Shown here in pieces: positions 40,701-52,700 of a stretch of 64,000 nucleotides of DNA; position 1 is the first letter of the stretch, and each line of letters starts with the position of its first letter. The DNA comes from Styela clava (taxonomy: Eukaryota). Where the stretch lies: the NCBI RefSeq assembly GCF_964204865.1, contig NC_135261.1, forward strand, positions 10,478,001 to 10,542,000, given 5' to 3'. The translations under genes and the position numbers were made by a program. Under the pieces are notes generated by a model. That model was given only the letters and a program-made list of their open reading frames with translations. It had not been told where the DNA came from and did no database searches.

Positions 40701-43700
40701 ACCATTCTGAATAATCTCTTAGTGATGTAGACTGAATAATACCAGACTAGCAATGCTGGGTATGTTATGCAGGATGTCTCACATCTACGACCTATGGTAA
40801 TCAATACTATGTGTGAACTCATCTTTTTGTGCACATAAGCAACCTGAGTCTAGCAAAACATTTGATATATCCATCCATACCTACTCTATGCATTGATTTT
40901 AATAGGTTTGATAATTTCATGTCAAAGTTTTCAAGGCAGGCAGATACGAAATAATCTCTGACACACTCAAATATTATTATCCAAGTACATTGCGGTGCAT
41001 AATTCGGGGGAACAAATTTCAACGATAGTTCAACCAGAGGCTTCAAAAGAAATTGAACAATCATGCACTGGTTGTAACAAACTTATAAAAAAAAAGAATA
41101 TGTACCTTCTTCAATTTTAACTATATGGGCATCATGTGGAGGATAAATCTGTGTCTGACTTCTTTTTTTATAATCCATGTTATTGAATTTCTTTCTTATC
41201 GCCCGATGTAGTGTAGGGGAGTATCTTAATCCATTTTGACAAAGAACCGGGTACTCAGAGCATAGGTTAGTAACTGTACACTTTACTTCGTATTGGTCAG
41301 GATTTCGTCCGAGAACATTTTTGAGAATAGTTGAAATATCTCTCACTAATTCTTGGAATGCTTTTCTGTTCGTATTATTTAAGATGTCATATCCCTTTGA
41401 CATATATTCCCGTAGCGATACGTTTAAAGGAAAAGGCCAAGTTATACCATTAGGGTAAGGCAAAGGAGATGCATTTTTAGAAGCAAGATAGCTTTTCTTC
41501 TGGTTTTGGAAGGTCATTGTACTAGAGGTTTCAGGACCATCCGATACCTCATCATCAGGATTGGAATTATCATGCAGGTCAATGGGACTTTGTGATGTCA
41601 CATGGAGAGAATTCCAGTCTTTTAAAGCTGAGTAAAGCATTGTCCAACCATCCTCTCCTTCACTGCGAAGGCCTGGGTATTCAACACATAACATGGCTGC
41701 TGTATATCGTAAATCACCTTCTGATATATTTGGTCCAAGACTGTTTTTCAAAGTGTTATGAACTTCAGCCACAAGGCTGTTAAACACAGAATCATTTCGC
41801 TTAATACTGTTAATGCCCACTAAAGACTCTTTGAGAATTTGGCTTAGTGGGAAAGGTGATGTTATATTTCCAGGATAGGGAATGAAAAATGTATTAGGAC
41901 TTTTAGGGGACTTAGGTACGATCTTATTATGTATTGGTGAGGAAGGCCCAAATATAGATGAATTCGAGGATTCGGCTTCATCATCGGAAGATATTGGAAC
42001 AAGACCCTCGGGGGTTTGTGCATTTTTACGAAAGTAATTTGAAAACATATTCGGAGATGAAACTGAAGTAACTTTCTTAATGATGCACGGATCTCTTTCT
42101 TCTTGTATATTTTCATTAAGAATAGTCTTCGTTGTTCTTGCTTCCTACAAAAAAAAAATTTATTTTTTTGAGTGAGTGTATTGTCACCTTTCATGATGCA
42201 TATCTATATTGAAAAATATCATAATATAAAATTTATTTATGTTTCACAGCAGAATTCAATTTCCTCAATAAACTAAAATTGTTAAATCCAAGTAGAACAA
42301 GAAGATTAAGATAAATAAGCATTCTAGAAGCCCTGATGCCATACCTGTAATTTAGGAGGACTTCTCTTGAATGCTTTAAAAAATAACCACAATTCTTTTC
42401 TGATTCCAAAGCGAAATCCTCTGAATTCCTCATTCACATCTTCTCTAGTTAGTTGATCGATGTCATCCATTTGGAATTCAGCATCTTAGAAAAAAAGGTA
42501 GTTTGAAGTAGGAACTTAGGGAAATACCGTATTTTCAGGCTTATTGGGTGAAAATTACGGTAATTTTAGTATGACAAAAAATCAATATTTTGATATTGAA
42601 AGTACCTGTATATCATTATTGCGTTTATAAAAAACTTTTTCTGTTTTATAATATCAATCCAACCACCAAAGTAGGTAGCACATAATAACCATCATTTGGA
42701 AAATGTGAACCTACCTTCTATTGCCTTCACAATATCAGAGGTAAATTGTGTTGATGCTTTAGCTATCATCTCTGACAGGTTTGCAGACATTTTAACGAGT
42801 TTTGATTAAGAGTTTGAAAGCTGTTAAAGTAAAAGCGTTGTGTCATTTGATGAAATTGTTGATTTAAAAAAATGTTATCATTGTTAATTTTCAAAATACT
42901 CAATTTAACCCCAACTGTATTTAATGACATAGACTACTCAAAATATGGTCATGGGCTTTTAATATCCACATGTTTTTTAATAGAACTAGTAAGCTCTTAA
43001 ATATCTTCCCAAAAACCATCCTAACCTGACAAGCTGAGCAGTAACAAGTGAATAATGAGATTTTCATATTTATTCCTGTGAGAGGAAAGTTGATTAATCA
43101 TAGGCGGATATTATGAACCGGCCTTTCGCCCGATTACGAGTTCCATTTGGGGTATGGACTCTTTCAGTCCCATACCAATCAGCCGATGCTGCATGACACA
43201 TACATATATCAGTAACTTCCTAAGTTGTTAGCAAAGACAGAAATTCGGTCTTTTAGAAGTGCTTCAACGTACTTATCAGTATATTTGACAACCATCGCAC
43301 CACTGGTACCCTTAATACTCCACCGTAGTCATTTATTCGACAGTTAGGACGCAATATTCCGCTTCCATTTAGTAAACACAACCCCCATATACTGTTAAAG
43401 CATAGGACGTCTGTGTTTACAACGGGGTCGAACTAATTAATCACGTGCTTGTTCCGCCCGAAGTGCTTCTGTTTCACGACGCTCCGCTAACGCGATATTT
43501 CGCAGAATTACGCTACAAATTGCAACTTGCTTGTTTTTTTATATTGCAATATTCAAATGCAATTTTACAACCTAGTTTTGATTAAACTACAGTACCGGTT
43601 AGTATATTACGTTCTAAGCTGAGAGATATGTTGAAAATGACCCCCGATTGGATGAAATATTTCATACAATGGCGACTAAATAGTTTAAAACTATGTGCTT

Positions 43701-46700
43701 GATTGTCACTGCTAGGCATTGGCTTTCACAGCATGATATACTGAGGTGACAAATTATGCTATTCTTTTAATTAAAATGGGTAAAGATCAAACGAAATACG
43801 GCGCCTTTTCCCGCGATTAGCAGGCAATCAAGGCTCGCAGTTTATCTGCCGAACAGCATTGTGGGAACCTTTTTTCTCTCTGTCTAGCGTGCGTCGCGCT
43901 AGCGCTATCGCCATTTTCAGCGTGTATTTTTGTGTGGCTTAGTTGCGCGCGCGTTTGTGATTGTGATTTTGTAGTTTTACTTTTGTCAGTGTCATTTTGT
44001 TCATGTCTTGAATTTATTGTATATTAAGGTCGATTTATTTAGCGATATGACTGACGGTGTTGATATAGATCTTTATGCAGACGTTGACCACGAATTTGCT
44101 CAGGACGACGGACTGTATACCCAGGGCAACGTGGATTTGTATGATGATATGTTGCAACCGTCGAGCAGAGCGACCATCCATTCTAACGGCATGCACAGCG
44201 TTCAACATGGAAGCGATAAGACCCAGGGGGATATGAAGTTTAATTACCAGGGCAAAAAGGTGTCCATTTATGTTGGAAATTTAACTTGGTGGACTACTGA
44301 CAAAGATCTGCAAGATGAAATCAGTGCTTTGGGTGTCAATGATTTAATTGAAATAAAATTTCATGAAAACAGGGCAAATGGCCAGTCAAAGGGTTTTGCA
44401 ATTGTGCATCTTGCTTCTGAGTCTTCATCTAGAATAGTTATGGATAAGTTGCCAGGGAAAGAGTTACATGGCCAAACTCCTGTTGTTACACCATGTAATC
44501 GCCAAAGTTTAAATCAATTTGAACAACAGTCCAAAGCACAATCTGGAAATAGTGGTGGTCCGCCACCACAAAAGCCGGCATCACCACCGCCACTCCAACT
44601 GCCACCAAGGCCTTCTCTTTCTGTGAGCTCTTTCAATGTTGTTCATCAAGCACCACCAGCTCTGGCTGTTGCAAGTTTAGGACCTCCTGCCTCAACAGCA
44701 CCGACATCAGCTCTTTTTATGCCTCCGCGCAATCGTCTGGTCCTTCCATTCCCTCCTCCAGCAGCTGCAGGTAACAGACCACCTGCTATTTTTATTCCAC
44801 CAACTAGCGTAGCCATTGCTCCACCTTCTTCGATTCCCCCTCCTGGAATGACACTGCCACCTACTCTAATGCCACCCAGAGTGGCACTGCCACCAGGTAT
44901 GCCAGGACCGCCGCCTCCAGGCTTACCGACACTTATTCGTGGCCCTGGTGGTATCCTAATTGATCCAAGAATTCCACCTCCACGACCAATGATGCCACCA
45001 ATATCTCCAAATCAGCCACCACCTGCCGTAAGGCCACCACATATTGGTGCACCCCCATTAGGGCCTCCCCCAGGGTTCCCACCCCCACCGGTACAAATTA
45101 ACCCCTTGATTCCACCTCCTGCTGCAGAATTGCCACCAGCTCAAGAGACATACAGACAGGAGCGCTCACAATCGCCGCCATTATCAGATACTGAAGTGGA
45201 AGAAATAATGAATAGGAATAGAGCAGTTTCAAGTAGCGCAATTTCACGAGCTGTTTCCGATGCAAGCGCTGGTGATTATGGAAGTGCAATTGAAACTTTA
45301 GTCACTGCCATATCTTTGATAAAACAATCTAAAGTTGCTACAGATGAAAGAGCGAAAGTATTGATTGGATCATTACAAGATTGCCTACATGGCGTGGAAG
45401 AGAAATCATTTGGATCTGGATCGATAAGAAAAAGAGATCGATCGAGGGATAGAGATCGAGAAGAAAGACCAAGACATCGGGAGTCGAAGTCGAGGAGACG
45501 AGACAGAGACAGAGATCGTGACAGAGACAGATCCCGAAGCAGAGAGAGATATGACGATCGAGAATACAGAGAAAGAAGTCGAGAACGAGACAGCGGAGGG
45601 TATTCATCATCACGTCACTCGGATCGTCACCGACGTTGAAATGAATTACATTACAAAAACTGGATGCTTTATTGCATTGTACAGAAAACAATAGTTGTTG
45701 CTTTTAGCACCAAATCTGAAATGGTCGGTTTCGAGAATGTAAAGTGGATGCTGATGAACTATGTCTACAAGTCATTGATACAATTCCACATTTTTCAATG
45801 ATTAATTGTGTATAAATTGATACTTCATTACTGTTGGAATGTATCTTAATAAAATTCAAAATGGTTTTATGATTGGTTTCTATTTATCCTATTATACAAT
45901 TGCAAGGGGGTTATTCATTTTACTGTCTCATTTTATCTAGCATATTTTCATGTCATTATGTCGGTACGTCTTTGAAATAGGGTCTTTCTCAGTGCGATAT
46001 GTCAACAGTTGTGGGTTATTAGAAGGGTTAGTTTAAGTTGGGGCTAATCATGAAATGTGTATATAAGGATTCAGAGTCTTATCAATTTTAATAGTATATA
46101 TAATTTCGGGAATTCATCATGCAATGGTTAAAAGTGAAAGTGCTTTGTTCAAAAATGGTGTAAAATTGTCGATTATGTCATTTATTTATTTTCGCATGGC
46201 ATATATGTGGCGTGATTCCATGATGGTATCAATCATTGAAGAATGCTGCCAAAAATTGTAACACTGTGGATTTTTAAGGTTGGTAATTTTTTATGCAATC
46301 ATTTAAGTGCAACTTTTGCCTCTGTTTTTATTTATGCAATATTTTTGTGTCTATTCTGTACTGTTCTGGGTATGTCATTTTCGGCCAGTGTCCACTCTTT
46401 GACACTTGGCTCGAAATGTGGAACCCAAATATATTTTTTTCCTTTCTGAATAATTGCCATTATCGGAATTTTTAATAATTTAATATGATGTGGTGCAAAA
46501 TTTCTCAACCTTTTTTTTTTCAATTTCCGAACGCTGCTTGACCTCTTCTTCATACAGTTAACAGGATAATACAGTTTGAATGAATTGAAATGTTTTAAAG
46601 GTGTCAATGATGCACATTTTTTTAGTGGGAAAATTCTTGCACAATAATCAATATTAGGAATTCTGATGATGTCATTTATTGGTTAAATTACCGTTTTAAG

Positions 46701-49700
46701 ATACTATACTTTATAAATAACATTTCTAAAGTCATTTCCAAAATCCTCAACACCATTATTTGGGTTGGTGGTCAAGGAAGACTTTCAAAAGTGTAATGGT
46801 GCTTGTATCATTTACTCCTGAAATCGACCCTCAATTACTTTTGAATATTGTAAAATAGCAGCTGTAATTTCAAAATTCAAATTAGTTCACTTTATTTCGT
46901 TCAGGTAGGCTAATTCATTGGTCGAGAAGGTGATGGTGTAGTGATGAGTGTAAATAGAAAAATTGTATTTTTTCTTTGTATGAATTATTTATATCTTCAA
47001 AATATCTGATTACCAGTAAGAGAACTTGTCTATTATTTATGAATGTTGGCAGATTAATTGGCTGCCTTTTCTTTAATAATAATTTCATTTTCAGAATTCT
47101 CTTTTCAAATGCGGTTTTCTGTATTTGTATAGGCAAGAGTATAGTAGTGCTCTTATGGTAGTAACGTTCATTTAGATCATGTATTTTTGATTCACCACTA
47201 AAAAGGATTTTGTTTGGTGCTAGCTTACTTATTTTTGTGCACCATGAGTTGCGTCCTTGGTTTTGAGACACTGTTGACCCTGTTGACCTAGATTTAAACC
47301 CCAGATCTATAGACATCACATACTGGGTATATATATGGTTTGTGGCAATTTTGATTGCTCACATTTGAGACGTCGTTTCATGAACTAATAATACTCAAAT
47401 CTGGTGATACTGAATTCCTAACATATATCATATTTTCCTGCTAATAAGCTGATTTTTTGGACCCAATTTTTTTGTCTGATTTTCTTGGATTGACTTGTTG
47501 CACTGATGGCCTTGACTGTTTTTTTTCTCTCGAACCGGCTTATTATAAACTTCGGGCCAGAAAATACTGGAAACTCACAAACAGTGGATAAAAGTACCAG
47601 TGAGGCGGTAACACATTTATAAGCCTCTGCTTATTGGGTGGTAATACTAATATGTTATAAATTGGCTTCAGCACATACGCCGTGTCATCTTATTTGCTGG
47701 AAAATATGTATTTGTATGTCTAGTTGCGAGTTATTATTGCAGAGTGGCTGACGGGATAGGTTTTATACTTTTAATTTCCATCACATTTATATCACTGCCA
47801 GCATGAAACTTCTTTTAGAAAGTAGGCCTATTTAACAATTTGTAGGCACTTTTTTTTGTATGGTAATTATTCAGAGTAGAAGCTTGATCATGATATTTTC
47901 CATATTTTACTCGGATGAAATCTTGAGAATTATAGATTTTTTGCAGTCAAAATCAAAGTATTTCGGTCTTTGGTTTTGTGTGTCTATTAGTGTGAATCGT
48001 TAATTCATTTTTTGAAAATGATTTCCAATGTTAGCCCAAGACAAAAATTTAATCCAAACGAAATTCAATCGAAATTAGGAGTCTTTTAAATTTTATTATT
48101 TACGTAATGTGATATATACTTGTTTCCGGGTGGGTTTTTCGGACACCATTTTATGTCAGCAAATATTCGTGCAGTTCGTATCAAAATTCTGAAGCAGATA
48201 TATTGCAATATAGCACTAACATATAATACAGTTTTCACTAGTTTCTATGTATCTGTAAAATAGGAATTGTTCCAGCAAATTAACTTTCATGCATGTGCTC
48301 TATTCCATCTAAAAGTGGCCATAGTTCCAGCTGATTTATGATTTTATGTTATTATTGTTAATTAATATTATAGCTCGACCGATATCGAATTTTGAAGCCG
48401 ATATCGCCAACTGGTGGCTGATAACCGATATCACAATGCCGATATTATTAAAAATCATATTTTGAGCCACGCTCTTATGATGCACCTTGTGAGTTTGTAG
48501 TTTCATTTTGATATTTGTTATCATGGCAGTAACACTTTTATTTAACTAACTTTAGTTAATGCTCGAACAAATGTTTTTTCTGTAACTTTTCTTGCTACTT
48601 CAATATCAGACTAGCTATTTCCAGGAAAATGAATTGTTAATCAGACGTTTTTACATATAACTATGGATATATGTCAAGGGTGATAAAAAATTATAGCGTG
48701 ATATATTTTAAAGTGAATCGTGATAATGATCTTTCGATATTGTGATAGCCTATGTGCAGTTACATGTGAAATTTTTAATAACTTTGTTTCCAGAGACTCT
48801 CAATACCTTATTTAGTCAATAATAATGGATGAAGTTTTTATTTTGTAATTTTCAGCAAAATGATAAACAACCATCAATATAGACAAAACTGTTACCCCAG
48901 AAATTCAAAATTGATTTGGGGAGGTCACAAATTCGGAACTGACATTATTGCTTTGAGCTACCTGTACCATGTTTCCATGATCACTAACTCACCAGCTTCC
49001 AATCGATTCTATTTATAGAACCACCGTTTAATACTGTTACTAAATTTCCCTTTTTCTCATTGTGTACTCTCTCAAATATGTCACTTTATAAAAGTCATTG
49101 TTACTCCAGATAATAACTTTTCAGTTATGACCATGCATGAAATGGCTAATCATAAGACACTGGGAATTAGGAGAGACACCTTTATAACGCAAAATGAGAG
49201 CGAGAGAAATATTGGCAAACCAGTTACGCAGGGCCGTTGCAGCACGCAGCCCGGCGCTTGCCGAGCATGGCCGATATATATCGGCGGTTTACGTCCGATA
49301 TGATATATCGGCAAACACGCAATATTGGCCCGATATATCGGTTGGCCGATATATCAGTCGAGCTCTAATTAATATATTTTTATTAAACCAACTTGGTAAT
49401 ATATTGTCTACCTGTAGATATTGCTTTCATTCTTTCTCTTCCTGAGAACTTTGAAGTTGAAATTTTCAGAATTAAATTTTTAGTCCAGTTCACCCGTAGT
49501 GAGCGTGTTATAGCCAGGACTGGGAGCTAGGTTCCAGCTCCATCGTGACTCTACCTTCGCAACTTATTGCTTCAGCTTCGTAGTCATAATGAGTTTTTTG
49601 GTATAACGATGGTATGCGACATTATCGCAGTTGCGCAGAATCGGAACTCAAAACTATTATGATACAAGGGTTTTGAATTTTAAAATTAAATCCTGAATAC

Positions 49701-52700
49701 ACAAATTTACTATTTCAAATTAATATTAGAAATTAAAATTAAACAAAAAATGATAAGCTGAAAAAGTTAAATTGCATTATTTGTGTCAAGTAATAAAAAA
49801 TTCATGCATAGGAAAAAATAGATTGTTAATTATCTGGAGCCACTAAAATTTTTGGTAGCTGAAGCTCTATCCAGTATAGTAAGCTTGTCTCCACCCCTCA
49901 ATATAATGTTACAACTCCAGCTTCCAGCCCTGGTTATAACGAAGGATTTGGATGTACCGGTACATGGGACCATAAAGGGAATTCCAGTAAAACAACTTCG
50001 ATACAAATAGCTTAACCATTTTACTACTGAAAATTTTCAGTAAAATGACTAGATAATATAATTTTTTGCATGAGCTGTTTTGTAATATTGGTACATCATT
50101 GTTAATATTAGTAATTGCAGCTTTTTTGGCATAAAAATTATAGTAGATGCTAATGCGGTGGTTCTCAACCTTAACAGTATTGCCCTATTCATGTCAAAAC
50201 TGTATCCATGTCATCATTGTTAATATTAGTAATTGCAGCTTTTTTGGCATAAAAATTATAGTAGATGCTAATGCGGTGGTTCTCAACCTTAACAGTATTG
50301 CCCTATTCATGTGTCGTTAACTAAATATATTCATGTCCATTGAGCTGACATACCTATAAAAAAGTATGTGTCATCATTTTGATGCAAAAGACTTCGGAAA
50401 CATTAAATTTGTGTAACATTGTCAAGACATTTAATGAAATTTAGAAATGCATCTCTTATTAATTCCTATAAGATCCTGTTTATCCTCTTATTTCATGTTT
50501 CTATGTTCCATCACTTCCTCATATCAAAGATTCTGAAAGGTTGAGAACCATTTGGCTGATACATGTGAATATATGTACCGGTATAAAAATATAAAGTAAT
50601 AATACATTGACTAATATCTGTGGATAATAGATTGAGATGTTCTATATACGGTAGTTTTATTGTTTTGAAAGGCTCATTTTTCTTGGCTTTGTTTCATATA
50701 ATGTTCTCCCCGAAATTTAGTTTTTAAAAGGATATCATCATTTGAAAGCAAATATACAAATTTATCTGTTTTATATACATTAGTTACAGTTACTCAGTCA
50801 GAATTCCTTTATAAAATAGTTATCTTGGAGAGCTGAACTGATAATTTCAATTAGTAATTTTTTTTCCCTTTTGGATCGGAAATTTCTTGTTCAAGCTGAA
50901 TAAATCTTACTTACTTCTTGCTTGCGTGGCATAATTGCTGGAATACTTTATTTCGTACCTGTACTGTTGTTGTGTGAGATTGTTTCACTTTTTATATTGT
51001 CTTTAACCCTTTGTTCTGCTTCCCACCAATATATAGATAACTTAAAACGATTGGGCAGATGTTAAATATAAATGTGGTCTTTAAGTTCTGAATTTTACTG
51101 TTTAGCTATTGTATTTTACCAGAGTTGTTTTGCATATTAGTATCTTTTCACCAACTATGGCTTGGGTTACAAGGATACTTATTAAATAAAGAATTACCCA
51201 CTTATTACAATTTTATGATTTTTTTGTTGCCGATTTTTTGGTGACATCTAGGCAAAAAAAGGATAGAGTGCATAATTAGTGTGTGCTCTTTTCTTTACAA
51301 TACTGTTTTGAAGTGCTTTTCAGAAAGTGGTTGTGCGTCCTTCTTCTCTGTGTGTTTATTTTATGTAATTTTTAAACTAAGTTGACTAAATTGAGTTTAA
51401 ATTGAACCACTGTGCCCCCATTTTGTACTTTTATATTTTACTTTATAATTATGTGCCTACAGAATTTATTTACTTATATAGCAGAGCTGTCTGCAAACAG
51501 CATCACAAGCCAGTCAATACAAGTTAGTTTAAACTTATTTGAGCAGCAAATTGTTTCTGTGGCCTGGTGTAGCCAAACTTATTGATGGTATGAAAAATGA
51601 GTGTGTGATAAATAGAAGAGAGATTGTTTTGTGGTATATCTGTAACTTTGTATGAATGGATGCATTTGGAGTTGTGTCATATTTGATCTGTAACTTTTAA
51701 ATTATACAATATATAGCACTCAAATTTTAAAATTATGTCTTCCCACCTTTTTCAGTAACGACAGAGCACCCTGTTGAGGTCTACATTACCAAAATCAAGA
51801 AACAGGACAAGGGAGACTTGTATAAGAGACAGAAAAAATGGCACCTAAGAGAACTGAAAATGGTCGATGGCAAGGATTCAAAAAAGGTAGGTGACATTAT
51901 TTTAAATATTCCTGCTTAGTGCGGACTGCGGAGATGTACAAAGAAATTTGAAAAGTATATATTATTGATCACAAAATAGACCTATGAGTTGTTGTTGTTA
52001 ATGATCAGAAAAATTGCTAGAAGGCTATTACGTATAATTCTTTTCAAGTTACCACATATCCCCACATGAAAGCTGACCTCGCATATAACACAACCACGAA
52101 AACGGCCTTAAAACAACGAATTTATAAAAATTCGCATATAAGCCGACCCTACGAATCGTAACACGCCGGACGCCAGTGGCTAAATCAACATCTCTTTCTT
52201 TTCTCTGTCTTTTCTTTTGAAGATACCATTGGTGGCAACTTCACACCATCTGCAGTGCAATTGAGCACTACTGTAAAATGTTTTTTTTAAGCCCTGTTGA
52301 TAAAGACTATTTTTCACCTTCTGGGTTTAATGTTTTATTGCTTAGCTTCCCAAAACACATTAGGGTTTCGTCTATATTGCCTATTCTATTGAAAGGGAAA
52401 TTATCATTCTTTCGTTTATTTATCACGTAATGTTGAAAGTTCATCACCTTTTCCTGAAATTCTGATGGCAGCTCTTAGTTTTTGGTTTTAGTGAAATCCC
52501 ATTTCTCCTCAAAAACTTTGTACACCAACCCTTGGAAGCAGTGAAGGTTGAGGTGTCTTGGTATTTTCCAGATTTGGCCATCTGCAATGTTTGCAACTGC
52601 ACTGCACTTTCCCATTTCATGGGAAACTTCATCATTGGACGCTTTGTGAGGGGTTGTCAAGAGTTTAAACATTCTGTATTGCTTGCTCTCTACGTTCTTT

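Noticed and set aside
44008-44046. 13 aa N-terminal extension of CPSF6
   Set aside because: Starts at TTG; the conserved N-terminus begins at ATG 44047.
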